NCBI GenBank assembly: GCA_020025545.1
Contig: JAHHRX010000005.1
Span: 29,691-93,690 of the forward strand
From: Oscillospiraceae bacterium
Lineage (GTDB): Bacteria > Bacillota > Clostridia > Oscillospirales > Oscillospiraceae
DNA: 64,000 nt
Direction of reading: 5' to 3'
In this document: in pieces, positions 39,076 through 49,214 of the stretch
Layout: the number at the start of each line of letters is the position of its first letter
Numbering within the stretch: the first letter of the stretch is position 1
The notes under the pieces: generated by a model
The model's database searches: none
Told to the model about the DNA's origin: nothing
Seen by the model: only the letters and a program-made list of their open reading frames with translations
Made by a program: the position numbers and the translations under genes

Positions 39076-40335
39076 ATGAACGAAAACAATGTAGCTGCCG
39101 TCGAGGTGGTGGACATTCAGTTCCGCCCCGGGCAGAAGGTTTACTTTTTTTCTCCCAACGGCATTCCCTGCCGGGCAGGAGACCATGTGATCATCGACAC
39201 GGCCCGGGGCCCTGAATTCGGTATCTGCACCAGCGGTGTCCACAATGTCAGTGAAAAAGATGTGGTGTCGCCCCTGCGCTGCGTGCTGCGTCTGGCAACG
39301 GCGCAGGATGAAAAAATCGTGGCCGACAACCGTGCCACGGAAAAGCGGGCCTTTGATGTGTGCCTCAAGAAGATCGCCGAGCACGGTCTGGATATGCAGC
39401 TGGTCTCCGCCGAGTGTGCCTTTGACGGCAGCAAGCTGCTGTTCTTCTTCACTGCCGACGAGCGGGTGGATTTCCGGGAGCTGGTTAAGAATCTGGCATC
39501 CGTATTCCATACCCGCATCGAGCTGCGGCAGATCGGCGTACGGGACAAGGCGAAAATGGTGGGCGGTCTCGGCATCTGCGGCAGACCCTTCTGCTGCGCC
39601 AGCTTTCTGGAGGATTTCCAGCCCGTTTCCATTAAAATGGCCAAGACCCAGAACCTGAGTCTGAACCCCACCAAGATTTCCGGCACCTGCGGACGGCTGA
39701 TGTGCTGTCTCAAATATGAGCAGGACGCCTATGAAGATCTGCTGCGGACAACTCCCAAAATGGATTCCTTCGTGGATACCCCCGAGGGCAGGGGCACCAT
39801 TGTTGAAGTGGATCTCCTGCGCCAGCGGGTGAAGGTTCGCATGGAAGAGCAGCCCGACACCATCAGTCTGTTTGCCACCAGCGAAATTGCCGTTCTGCGC
39901 AGCGGCAAGGCCAAGAAAAACGATCCCCCCATCCCAGCCGATCTGGCACCTATTTCCGGCTGCGGCAAGCGTGTCCACAAGGAAGATGACGATGAGCCCG
40001 CTGTTCATCTGGAGCCCATTCGGTTCCGCTACAGCACGGAAACCGTAACAGACACGCAGGAGGAATCCCCGGAGGCTCCCGCATCGGAAAAGGAAGAAGC
40101 TGCCCCGGAGCATCACCGGAAACCCCGCCATCGCAGCCGTAAGCCGCACAATCCCAGCCGAGAGGCTGCACCCAAGGCAGCTCAGGCAAAGGATGCCCCA
40201 AAAGCGCCCCGAAACAAGGAAGCTGTCAAAAACGGTGCTCCCAAAAAGGAAGATGCCCGGAAGCCCCACCGCCGTCCTTCCCATCATCGGAGAAAGCCTA
40301 AGGAAAATCCCGGCAGCGCACCCCAGAATCCGTAA
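39076..40335 (+). CDS. ricT: PSP1-domain protein RicT/YaaT with long low-complexity C-terminal tail
   Basis: RVDFRELVK, RIELRQIGVRD, G.CGR.FCC and GTCGRLMCCLKYE motifs. Confidence 0.92.
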   Translation: MNENNVAAVEVVDIQFRPGQKVYFFSPNGIPCRAGDHVIIDTARGPEFGICTSGVHNVSEKDVVSPLRCVLRLATAQDEKIVADNRATEKRAFDVCLKKIAEHGLDMQLVSAECAFDGSKLLFFFTADERVDFRELVKNLASVFHTRIELRQIGVRDKAKMVGGLGICGRPFCCASFLEDFQPVSIKMAKTQNLSLNPTKISGTCGRLMCCLKYEQDAYEDLLRTTPKMDSFVDTPEGRGTIVEVDLLRQRVKVRMEEQPDTISLFATSEIAVLRSGKAKKNDPPIPADLAPISGCGKRVHKEDDDEPAVHLEPIRFRYSTETVTDTQEESPEAPASEKEEAAPEHHRKPRHRSRKPHNPSREAAPKAAQAKDAPKAPRNKEAVKNGAPKKEDARKPHRRPSHHRRKPKENPGSAPQNP

Positions 40336-40336
40336 T

Positions 40337-40381
40337 AAAAATACCGAAGACCGGAAAAATCCACGGTCTTCGGTATTTTTT
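40337..40381. terminator. Bidirectional terminator
   Basis: AAAAATACCGAAGACCG...CGGTCTTCGGTATTTTT between convergent genes. Confidence 0.8.
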
Positions 40382-40742
40382 ATCCTTTTTTAAGTTCCCG
40401 TGTGATCCACGCCATCAAAAGTGCCACGATTCCCGCCTGCTCTTCCTCCGTGAGCGCTCTGCCCTTGGGGATGCGGTACCATTTTTCCAGACACCCCCGG
40501 CAGCAGCAGGCGCAGGCGTGCTGTGCCGTGAACACAGGATGTCCCCGCATGGGGGTCTGCTTTCCGTCATTGGGAATTTCGGCAGGTGCCAGACGATTGC
40601 TGACAAAATCAGAAGCGTGCTGACGGATCACCGGAATTCCCTTTTCCGCGATATACTCCCGATCCTGACGGCTCAGATGAAAGCCTGCCCGGAAATCGGA
40701 TTTTTGCAGTCTTTTAAGTGCCTCTGCGATGGTCACAGCCAT
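40380..40742 (-). CDS. DUF4186 family protein
   Basis: RLAPA...NDGKQTPMRGHPVF.AQHA...CCRGCL.KW motif. Confidence 0.85.
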   Translation of the reverse strand: MAVTIAEALKRLQKSDFRAGFHLSRQDREYIAEKGIPVIRQHASDFVSNRLAPAEIPNDGKQTPMRGHPVFTAQHACACCCRGCLEKWYRIPKGRALTEEEQAGIVALLMAWITRELKKG

Positions 40743-40790
40743 TCCCCCTTCTGCATTTCAGTATTTCACAGATGCGCAGTGAGGTTGCTT

Positions 40791-41561
40791 TCATCGCAGG
40801 ACCCAGAGGTTCTTGATCTGGGGTGCCAGCTGTTCATAGGACCAGAGCTCCTGCGAGTTCTTCCGGCTGTTGGGATCGTTTACCATGATTTTCCCATCCC
40901 GGCAGCCGCTGAGCACAATAAAGTGACCCGTTGAGGTGAAATCTCCGGGGCCTACCACGCAGATAATGGGATTGCCCGCCTCCAGATTATCCATGATCCG
41001 CTTTTCCGCCAGAGGAATCTCCGTCACATCCAGCCCCAGCTTTTTGCCGCCCTCGCTGATGAGGGTCCATGAAGAGCCGTGCCCACGGCTGTAATAGCCG
41101 CTGCGCTCGGCAAAGGCCGCCACCTGATCCGGGGTGAAGCTTTCCTTTCCCGTCAGATAATATCCCGCCATGGCAAGGCAGGTGGGGCCGCAGCCGGTAA
41201 TGGCGATCATATCGGAGCCGTACTTTTCATAGCCCCATTGGGGGTCCCACTGCAAAAACAGCGGGATCCCCTGGGTGCGGTCATACTGGGAAAGTGTGGG
41301 GGTCACCTTCTCCCGGAAGGGATATTCCAGCACAAATTCCTTGGTTTCCGGGTTCCGATCCAAAAGCTCAATGAGGCTTTGGGGATAGGCACTGACAGAA
41401 ATCCCCATTTTGTCGGCATATTCCTTTACGGTTTTTTCCGCCGGGGTGAGATTCCCCGTAGAAAATCGAATCTGGCGGTAGATTTTCGGCATACTGATGA
41501 TTCCCAGTGCCACAATTACCAGCACCAGAAGCACCGCAAGAAGCCGTTTGGATTTTTTCAT
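40791..41561 (-). CDS. Secreted/anchored C39-like (papain-fold) cysteine peptidase
   Basis: N-terminal hydrophobic segment; Q.DP.W, GCGPT, GHFIVL and VNDPNS motifs. Confidence 0.85.
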   Translation of the reverse strand: MKKSKRLLAVLLVLVIVALGIISMPKIYRQIRFSTGNLTPAEKTVKEYADKMGISVSAYPQSLIELLDRNPETKEFVLEYPFREKVTPTLSQYDRTQGIPLFLQWDPQWGYEKYGSDMIAITGCGPTCLAMAGYYLTGKESFTPDQVAAFAERSGYYSRGHGSSWTLISEGGKKLGLDVTEIPLAEKRIMDNLEAGNPIICVVGPGDFTSTGHFIVLSGCRDGKIMVNDPNSRKNSQELWSYEQLAPQIKNLWVLR

Positions 41562-41585
41562 AGCTGCGCCTATCCTTTCATATGG

Positions 41586-44270
41586 TTAGATATTTTCGTT
41601 TTTCAGAGTCTCCAGAATATTCTCATTCCTGATTTTGCCCATGGCATACATCATGGTGGCAAACACCACCGCAAACACGCTCAATGCGGCAATGCCCATA
41701 GCCCGATAGGGCAGGCAGAAGCTCACTGTCAGCTCCATCTGCACCGAGCGCCAGATGAGGTATGTGACGAATCCCGCCACAGGAAGTCCCCAAAGGAGTG
41801 CCTTGGTGCCGTAGAGCAGGCTCTCATAGACCAGCATCCTGCGAAATCCCCTTTTTGTCATGCCCACGGACTGGAGCATGGCAAATTCCCTGCGCCGTAG
41901 ATTCATATTGGTAGAAATGGTGTTAAAGACATTTGCCGCGGCAATCAGAGAAATCAGCACGATAAAGCCGTAGCTGAACACCTTGACAATGAGGACGGTG
42001 TTGCGGTTGCTCTCCTCATATTCCGCCACATCCTGAATGCCGCCGGTGCGGAAGTGATTGGCCTGCAAAATGTCACGAATGGCGGCTGCGCTGGTCAGGT
42101 GGTCATCAGACCACATATAGAAGCAGTAATCCACATTTCGGTTCGTTTCAGGCTGACAGTTCAGCAGCTGGTCTTTCATGCTCAGCGGAAACATCAGCGT
42201 GGCATTTCCGTAGTTAACATAATTCGGAGCTTCTTCCAGCTCAAAGCCGATTTGTATCGGTGTGCTGATTTCCACCTCGGAAAGGGGATAATCCCTGAAA
42301 TTATCGCTGTCTACAGCCTGATAGCGGGCAATCTGGTTTCCGTTTTCGTCCTCCAGCGTGCCGGCGTAGTAATAGCCGTCAATTTTCTTGTGCGTAATCA
42401 TGTTCAGCTGCTGGATACCTTCCCGGAAATAGCGAACTGTTTCCCACCTCCGGGTGTTCTCATTGAAAAATTCCTGTCCGCCGGTAAGGATCCCCACCCT
42501 CTGACTGGCATCGAAATACTTTTCTTCACTCTGCCCGTTTTCCCGCAGCAGATTGCGGAAGGTCGTATCATCCACGAAACACTGATTGATGTGCGTGATG
42601 ATTCTCTGCTGAGAATCTGCCTGCATCGGAAATTGTTCCAGTGCTTCCGGATTAAAATCTGTCTTTGGCACAGCAAACTGCCCGTAGGCATAGCCTCGCA
42701 GAATCACATCGGTGACAGAATCTGCCGCCTTAAATTTATCCAGAAGCATCTCCGGGGACATGGAATCAAAATCAGACTGGGGTGTATGGTACTCAATATC
42801 CCAGCGGCTGGTCTGATAGAAGCTGTCGGTACTGATACTCATATAGTCCGTAAAGGCCGCAGCGGATACAAACAGCACAATGCTCATAAACAGGCTTACC
42901 ACGGTGGCACGGTATTTTTTCCGGCTGCGCTTATACTGCTTGGCCGCCAGCGTTCCCGGCAGTCCGAACAGGCGGTAGGTCAGGCGGGAAGTACGCACCT
43001 CGCGGGCCTTTGTTTTGATGTCTGCATTCTGCCGGATGGCCTCCACGGCGGACACCTTTCCCGCCCGGCGGGAGGGGATCCATGCGGAAATCAGCACCGT
43101 CACCAGCGCCACGATCACTGCCACCACCACGGAAACGGCAGAAACATGGACATGCATGGAAATGGGCAGTCCCAGTCCCCGGAACTTATCGCCGATCAGC
43201 ATAAGTGTCACGGCAATACCGCCGATGCCGGACAGGATGCCGAGGGGAATGCCAATGGCGCTGACGGTCAGGGCTTCAAAGCGGATCATCCGGGCCAGCT
43301 GCTTTTTGGTGGCACCGATGGAAGTCAGCAGTCCGAACTGCTTTGTCCGCTCGGAAATGGAAATGGCAAAGGCATTATAAATCAGGGACACAGAGCCAAA
43401 CATAATCAGCGCCGTGACAATTGCCGCAAGGCTCATCAGCATAGTTGTGGCGCTGTCGCTGTGGATGGTGCCGTAATAGGCCAGAACATCCCTGTTCCAG
43501 TCGTTGGAAAAGCCCATGTCGCTGAAAAACTGAAAAGTTTCTTTGGGCTTTTTCATGGTAAAATAGGTATCCAGCAGGTACTGCTCCCCGGGATTTTCGT
43601 CCATAACCGTAAGGGCCGTAAAGCCGGGAGCCTCATAAGCTTCGATATTTCTGCTCATGCGCTCATAGAAACCCACCACCCGGTAGGTACGCTTTTCTCT
43701 TACTTCCAGCGTTTCGCTCTCTTCCCTGTATGATTCCTCTCCCAGATTCAGATAGCGGTCCTTCTGTCCCAGAGAGAAGCCATCGGACATCCGAAGGCCC
43801 AGCTCCAGATTCAGTGTGTCCCCTACATGGTAAAATATTCCTCCGGCATTTGCAAGATGGGACGGCAGCAGGATCTCTTCCGAAGATTGGGGATAGCGTC
43901 CCTCAGTCACATGGATGGGAAGCAGATCTTCCGCCTTGTCATCCGCACCCAGAACATAGAGATACGGCTTTCCTTCGTCCTTGCTGCCTTCCAGCTGCGC
44001 ATAGCCCAGCTGCTGCAGGACGCTTACGGACTGCACCTTGCCGCTTGCCAGGATCTTTTCCGTTTCTGTCCGGCTGCCCCGCAGCACTCTTCCATGCCAC
44101 GCACCCTCCTGATAGATGGAAATTTCCTTCATATATTCATAGAAGCTGCTGGTAAAGGTGGTCACGGCGCAGATCATGGCAGCAGAGAGAATAATGCCGA
44201 TGATGGTAACGATGGTCCGTGTTTTATTTTTTCTGAGGGATTGCAGCGTCAGCTTATGAAATACATTCAT
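41586..44270 (-). CDS. ABC transporter permease, FtsX/MacB-like
   Basis: Two FtsX-type TM blocks (ERTKQFGLLTSIGAT and RRREFAMLQSVGMT) with two large extracellular domains. Confidence 0.92.
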   Translation of the reverse strand: MNVFHKLTLQSLRKNKTRTIVTIIGIILSAAMICAVTTFTSSFYEYMKEISIYQEGAWHGRVLRGSRTETEKILASGKVQSVSVLQQLGYAQLEGSKDEGKPYLYVLGADDKAEDLLPIHVTEGRYPQSSEEILLPSHLANAGGIFYHVGDTLNLELGLRMSDGFSLGQKDRYLNLGEESYREESETLEVREKRTYRVVGFYERMSRNIEAYEAPGFTALTVMDENPGEQYLLDTYFTMKKPKETFQFFSDMGFSNDWNRDVLAYYGTIHSDSATTMLMSLAAIVTALIMFGSVSLIYNAFAISISERTKQFGLLTSIGATKKQLARMIRFEALTVSAIGIPLGILSGIGGIAVTLMLIGDKFRGLGLPISMHVHVSAVSVVVAVIVALVTVLISAWIPSRRAGKVSAVEAIRQNADIKTKAREVRTSRLTYRLFGLPGTLAAKQYKRSRKKYRATVVSLFMSIVLFVSAAAFTDYMSISTDSFYQTSRWDIEYHTPQSDFDSMSPEMLLDKFKAADSVTDVILRGYAYGQFAVPKTDFNPEALEQFPMQADSQQRIITHINQCFVDDTTFRNLLRENGQSEEKYFDASQRVGILTGGQEFFNENTRRWETVRYFREGIQQLNMITHKKIDGYYYAGTLEDENGNQIARYQAVDSDNFRDYPLSEVEISTPIQIGFELEEAPNYVNYGNATLMFPLSMKDQLLNCQPETNRNVDYCFYMWSDDHLTSAAAIRDILQANHFRTGGIQDVAEYEESNRNTVLIVKVFSYGFIVLISLIAAANVFNTISTNMNLRRREFAMLQSVGMTKRGFRRMLVYESLLYGTKALLWGLPVAGFVTYLIWRSVQMELTVSFCLPYRAMGIAALSVFAVVFATMMYAMGKIRNENILETLKNENI

Positions 44271-44950
44271 TTGCGGATCACCTCATCCCGGATAATGCGG
44301 CCGTCCTCAATTGCGATGATCCTGTCCGCCTGCAGGGCGATGTTTTCATCGTGGGTGATCATGATGAGGGTCTGGTGATATTTGCGGTTGGAGAGCTTCA
44401 GAAGCTCGATAATTTCCTGACTGTTTTTGGAGTCAAGGTTGCCCGTAGGCTCATCCGCCAGCACCACCGCCGGGGCATTCATCAAAGCTCTGCCGATGCT
44501 CACCCTCTGCTGCTGTCCGCCGGACAGCTCGTTGGGCAGGTGCTTTTCCCGGCCGGTAAGCTTCAGCGTATCGAGAAGCTCCTGAAGCCGCTCGTTGTTT
44601 ACCTTCCGTCCGTCCATCAGCACCGGCAATGTGATATTTTCCACCACATTCAGCACCGGAAGCAAATTGTAAAACTGATACACCAGGCCCACCTGACGGC
44701 GGCGGAAAATCGCCAGCTGCTCGTCGTTCTGGGCGTAGACATCGCTTCCGTCCATGTAGACCTTACCGGAGGTGGGCTTATCCACGCCGCCCATAATATG
44801 CAGCAGAGTGGATTTTCCGGAGCCGGAGGGGCCGATAATGGCAACAAATTCTCCCTTTTCCACAGAGAAGGACACATCATTGAGGGCATGGACTTCATTT
44901 TTACCCTTGCCATAGGTCTTGCAAAGGTGTTCCACTTTCAAAATTTCCAT
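44267..44950 (-). CDS. ABC transporter ATP-binding protein (LolD/MacB-like)
   Basis: GPSGSGKST, LSGGQQQRV and LADEPTGNLD motifs. Confidence 0.95.
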   Translation of the reverse strand: MEILKVEHLCKTYGKGKNEVHALNDVSFSVEKGEFVAIIGPSGSGKSTLLHIMGGVDKPTSGKVYMDGSDVYAQNDEQLAIFRRRQVGLVYQFYNLLPVLNVVENITLPVLMDGRKVNNERLQELLDTLKLTGREKHLPNELSGGQQQRVSIGRALMNAPAVVLADEPTGNLDSKNSQEIIELLKLSNRKYHQTLIMITHDENIALQADRIIAIEDGRIIRDEVIRK

Positions 44951-44997
44951 AGGGATTCGCTCCTTGTTTTGTGATACGTCCATTCTACAGCCCGGCA

Positions 44998-45035
44998 GTG
45001 ACAATCCCATGACTGAAAAATAACACTTCTGTCAC
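44998..45035 (-). promoter_or_regulatory. Putative OmpR-family response regulator binding site upstream of ABC operon
   Basis: Minus strand GTCA-N7-GTCA direct repeat (11-bp period) at the -35 position, a further GTGAC half-site upstream and a TAGAAT -10. Confidence 0.5.
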
Positions 45036-45047
45036 ATAACTCTGCCG

Positions 45048-46052
45048 CTACACCACACTTTTATAAAAGCACATGGTAAAGGCCGCTCCGCCCTCGCTTT
45101 TGTTTTCCGCTTTCAGCGTACCGTTTTGCTTGGTGACGATCATTCGGGCCAGCGCCAGTCCCACGCCGAAGCTCTTGTCACCCGAATCCTTGCCCTTATA
45201 GAACCGCTCAAAAATATGGGGCAGATCTTCTTTGGAAATGCCGCATCCGGTATCACTGATCCGCAGTTTGGTGTAAAGCGGATTTTCTTCCATCTCCACC
45301 CGGATGCTTCCCCCCACAGGGGTATGCTCCATGCAGTTTTTGACGATGTTGGAGATGGCTTCGCAGGTCCACGCCGCATCCACCAGAAGATTCCCCTGCC
45401 CGGTGACGGAAAAGGACTGCTCCCGCAGCTCCATGGGAACCATCAGCGGCTCCGCTCCCCGGCGCACCAGCGCCTCGGCGGAAATGTTTTCCGGTTTGAA
45501 GTGCACCGTCCCCGCATCCAGCTTGGAGATTTTCAGCAGGGTCGTGATGAGCCAGTCGATTCTCGACAGCATTTCCAGCAGCTGCCGGGTCAGCTCCGTT
45601 TTCCGTTCCGGTGTCAGATTCGGCTCCCGCAGAAGCTGCACAAGGAGGTTGATGGAGGTGAGCGGCGTGCGGATCTGGTGAGAAATATCCGCAATGGAAT
45701 TTGCAAGGTAGATTTTGTCGTCCTGCAAATGCTGTTTCTGCTCCCGCAGGCGAACGGTCATTTTGTAAACTTCATTCTGGAGGATGCAAAGCTCCCCCTC
45801 CGCATACTCATTTGGGGCAAGCGTCGGGTCATTGCCGTGGAGGATCCGGTCAATATCCGCCGAAAGAGCCGCCAGCCGCCGGTATCTCCCGGCAGTGCTC
45901 ACGAGAAATATCGTCAGCCCCGTCAGCGCAAAAATCACGACAAAAACACCAAACCAAATATCCCAGCAGAAGGCGGCAGCGGAAAATGCCAGACTCACAA
46001 GGGCATACACCGTCGCCGTTCGGCGAATTTCCGGGTTTCTGAAAAGTTTCAT
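45048..46052 (-). CDS. Sensor histidine kinase (two close TM helices, intramembrane-sensing type)
   Basis: DISHQIRTPL H-box, NIVKNCMEH, DTGCG, IFERFYKG and GVGLAL motifs. Confidence 0.94.
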   Translation of the reverse strand: MKLFRNPEIRRTATVYALVSLAFSAAAFCWDIWFGVFVVIFALTGLTIFLVSTAGRYRRLAALSADIDRILHGNDPTLAPNEYAEGELCILQNEVYKMTVRLREQKQHLQDDKIYLANSIADISHQIRTPLTSINLLVQLLREPNLTPERKTELTRQLLEMLSRIDWLITTLLKISKLDAGTVHFKPENISAEALVRRGAEPLMVPMELREQSFSVTGQGNLLVDAAWTCEAISNIVKNCMEHTPVGGSIRVEMEENPLYTKLRISDTGCGISKEDLPHIFERFYKGKDSGDKSFGVGLALARMIVTKQNGTLKAENKSEGGAAFTMCFYKSVV

Positions 46053-46723
46053 TCCGCATCCACCTTATACCCCAGCCCCCGCACGGTCTTGATGATCCGG
46101 GGGTTCTGGGGGTCCTCTTCTATTTTTTCCCGCAGCCGCTTAATATAAACTGTCAGAGTGTTATCGTTTACGAAGTCTCCGCCCACATCCCAAATGGATT
46201 CCAGCAGCTGCCCCCGGGATAGCACCGCCCCCCGATTGTTGATAAACACCAGCAGCAGCCGGTATTCCAGTGCCGAGAGGAACAGGTCGCGCCCGTCTTT
46301 CGTGGCAATGCCCTTGTCCGTGTCCACGGTAACGCTGCCCAGCCGGATCACAGATCCGGTCCCGCCGGTAAGTCTGAGGATATTTTTGATCCGGCTCACC
46401 AGCACTCTGGGCCGGAACGGCTTCGCAATATAGTCATCGGCTCCCAGATCAAAGCCGGTGACCGTACTGTATTCATCTCCGGAGGCGGTCAGGAAAATCA
46501 CCGGCATGGTGTAGTTTTCCTTAATGGCTTTGCACACCCCGAAGCCGTTTCCGTCTGCCAGCGACACATCCAGAAGCACCAGATCAAACTTTTCCTGCTC
46601 CAGAAGAGCCATGGCGCCCTGCTGTCCCGGGGCACTTTTTACATCATATCCCTCCCGAAAGAGAAATTCCGTCAGATTTTCCACAATGCTTTTATCATCT
46701 TCCACCAGCAGCAGCTTTTGCAT
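46049..46723 (-). CDS. OmpR-family response regulator
   Basis: LLVEDD, LLDV, FLTA, DDYIAKPF, YIKRLREK and TVRGLGY motifs. Confidence 0.95.
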   Translation of the reverse strand: MQKLLLVEDDKSIVENLTEFLFREGYDVKSAPGQQGAMALLEQEKFDLVLLDVSLADGNGFGVCKAIKENYTMPVIFLTASGDEYSTVTGFDLGADDYIAKPFRPRVLVSRIKNILRLTGGTGSVIRLGSVTVDTDKGIATKDGRDLFLSALEYRLLLVFINNRGAVLSRGQLLESIWDVGGDFVNDNTLTVYIKRLREKIEEDPQNPRIIKTVRGLGYKVDAE

Positions 46724-46979
46724 GGTCAGCGCCCCCATTCCTTGTTTTTACTGATTATAGCACGGCAGATTTTATTCCACAACCAATATAACAGAATCGT
46801 TATATTTTCCATGTGTCTGCTCTTTGTTTGCAGCTTCATAAACGGTGGTTTACACAGGCCCAAAAAGAGGCCGTTACGAACCTTTCTTCTGAAACACGCC
46901 CGGCATTTATCGGGCGAATGCACCCAAATAAATACCGCTCCAGTCCCACGGACCGGAGCGGCATACTGTTTATTTAAGG

Positions 46980-48998
46980 TTATACGCCCACCGTTTCCTT
47001 GTGGAGCATCTCATAGGTCTCATCCTTCTCGCCGCAGTTTTCTCTGTGGTAAGTAGGAACTACCTGCTGAATCAGGCTCTGCATGTTCGGCACATTGGCA
47101 TAAGCCGCAGCCATCAGCATCTGCAAATCCTCCATGAACCGATCCATGTCAAAGGCAATGGGATTGCCGATATGAATGAGATCGTTATCGGTCTTTTGCA
47201 TGCCCTCTTCCGCCATCAGCTTCTCTTCATAGAGTTTTTCGCCGGGACGCAGGCCAGAGTACAGCACAGGAATATCAATATCCGGGCGATAGCCGGAGAG
47301 CTTGATAAGGTTCCGGGCCAGATCGTCGATCTTTACGGGTGCACCCATATCCAGCACGAAGATTTCGCCGCCCTTGGCATAGGTGCCTGCCTGCATTACA
47401 AGGCTCACCGCCTCGGGAATGGTCATAAAGTAGCGGATGATATCCGGATGGGTCACCGTTACAGGGCCGCCCTTGGCAATCTGCTTCTTAAAGAGGGGAA
47501 TGACAGAACCGTTGCTGCCCAGCACATTGCCGAAGCGGACAGCCACAAACTCGGTAATATACTTGTGGCCCTTCTGTGCCTTCATTTCCCCTGCCTCCTG
47601 CTGAGGCTCGTGGGTAAACAGCACCGGAAGGCGATCTGCAGTGCCTTCCTTCACAGCCCGGTCGAAGGACTGGATCACCATTTCGCAAAGCCGCTTACTG
47701 GCACCCATTACATTGGTGGGGTTCACGGCCTTGTCGGTGCTGATCAGCACAAAGCGCTTACAGCCGTACAGCAGCGCGGCATAAGCCGTCTTATAGGTGC
47801 CGATCACATTGTTTTTAATGGCCTCGCAGGGGCTGTCCTCCATCAGAGGCACATGCTTGTGCGCCGCCGCATGATAGACGATATCCGGATGATGCTCTGC
47901 AAACACAGACTCGATCCGGCGGCTGTCCCGGACGGAGCCGATCAGCACCGTAAGCTTCAGCTGGGGATAGCGCTCTTTCAGCTCCTGCTGAATATCATAG
48001 GCGTTGTTTTCATACACATCAAAGATGATCAACTCTTTGGGGTTATGCGGTGCCACCTGACGGCAAAGCTCACTTCCGATGCTTCCGCCGCCGCCGGTAA
48101 CCAGAATGGTTTTACCGGTAATCTGGTTATAAATATCATCCATGTTAACGGTGATGGGATCCCGTCCCAGCAGGTCTTCCACCGCCACATCCTTCATATC
48201 GCCGATGCTCAGCTTGCCGGACACCATATCCGGCATACTGGGCAGATTTTTGATTTCGCATCCGGTTTCCTTGCAGATATTCAGAATATCCCGCTTTTCC
48301 TCGGGGGAAATCCGGTTGATAGCCACCAGAATCTTATTGATATTATACTTTTCCACATTCAGCATAATATCATCCCGGCCGCCCACCACGGGGATTCCGT
48401 CGATATCTCTTCCCCATTTGTTGGGGCAGTCATCGATGATACAGCAGATTTTGAGGAATTCTCCTTTGAGTCTCCGGGCATCATGGATAATGGCCTGACC
48501 GGCATTGCCTGCACCGATCACCATGATCCGCTGGGTGCTGCTTTTCGCCGCATCGGAAGCATTGCGGTTATAAAACATCAGCAGCACCCGATAGGAAAAG
48601 CGCACGCACACCATCAGCACAAACTGGAAGCCTGCGCCGATGATATAGCAGGAAATGGGCAGCCGCACCAAAAAGACTTTGGTGCAAATCACATATGCCG
48701 CCACGGTGATTACCGTGGAAACACCCACACGCATAACCTCGTTAATGCTTGCAAACCGCCAGATACTATTGTACAGCCGCATCCGCCAGAACACCAGTAA
48801 ACAGGCAACCGTGTAAATCGGTGCAAAATAGAGTACCGTCATCATATACTCCATAGGGATCGCACTGTATCGGCAGTCAAACCGGAACCACAGAGCTGCA
48901 AGATATGAAATATTGACAACAATTATGTCATAAATCATCAGCATTAAGGCAATCTTCTGCCAATGCTCCAGGTGCCGAACCTTGGTATTCTTTTTCAT
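46980..48998 (-). CDS. CapD/PglF-like nucleoside-diphosphate sugar 4,6-dehydratase
   Basis: Four N-terminal TM helices; TGGGGSIGSE, HAAAHKHVP, STDKAVNP, RFGNVLGS and LRPGEKLYEE motifs. Confidence 0.93.
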   Translation of the reverse strand: MKKNTKVRHLEHWQKIALMLMIYDIIVVNISYLAALWFRFDCRYSAIPMEYMMTVLYFAPIYTVACLLVFWRMRLYNSIWRFASINEVMRVGVSTVITVAAYVICTKVFLVRLPISCYIIGAGFQFVLMVCVRFSYRVLLMFYNRNASDAAKSSTQRIMVIGAGNAGQAIIHDARRLKGEFLKICCIIDDCPNKWGRDIDGIPVVGGRDDIMLNVEKYNINKILVAINRISPEEKRDILNICKETGCEIKNLPSMPDMVSGKLSIGDMKDVAVEDLLGRDPITVNMDDIYNQITGKTILVTGGGGSIGSELCRQVAPHNPKELIIFDVYENNAYDIQQELKERYPQLKLTVLIGSVRDSRRIESVFAEHHPDIVYHAAAHKHVPLMEDSPCEAIKNNVIGTYKTAYAALLYGCKRFVLISTDKAVNPTNVMGASKRLCEMVIQSFDRAVKEGTADRLPVLFTHEPQQEAGEMKAQKGHKYITEFVAVRFGNVLGSNGSVIPLFKKQIAKGGPVTVTHPDIIRYFMTIPEAVSLVMQAGTYAKGGEIFVLDMGAPVKIDDLARNLIKLSGYRPDIDIPVLYSGLRPGEKLYEEKLMAEEGMQKTDNDLIHIGNPIAFDMDRFMEDLQMLMAAAYANVPNMQSLIQQVVPTYHRENCGEKDETYEMLHKETVGV

Positions 48999-49214
48999 TT
49001 TTCTCTCCTAATTACATTTCTATTTTGGCATGTCAGCTTTCTGTGTTTGCCCTGTATCGGGGCAGCCCCAAAAAAGCTGACATATTTCGTGCATCTCTCT
49101 TCAAGCTATACATTATACTCCTTTTTTCCCTAAAATGCAAGCAATTCTAATATACCGCAGTTCTGCGCAGGCAGGCCTTTGCAGGCAGCGTCTTCTGACA
49201 GAAAGGAGCTTTTT

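Noticed and set aside
40791..46723. Bacteriocin/RiPP biosynthetic cluster (C39 peptidase + ABC transporter)
   Set aside because: The peptidase is a separate exported protein rather than a C39 domain fused to an exporter, and no precursor peptide or modification enzyme is visible.
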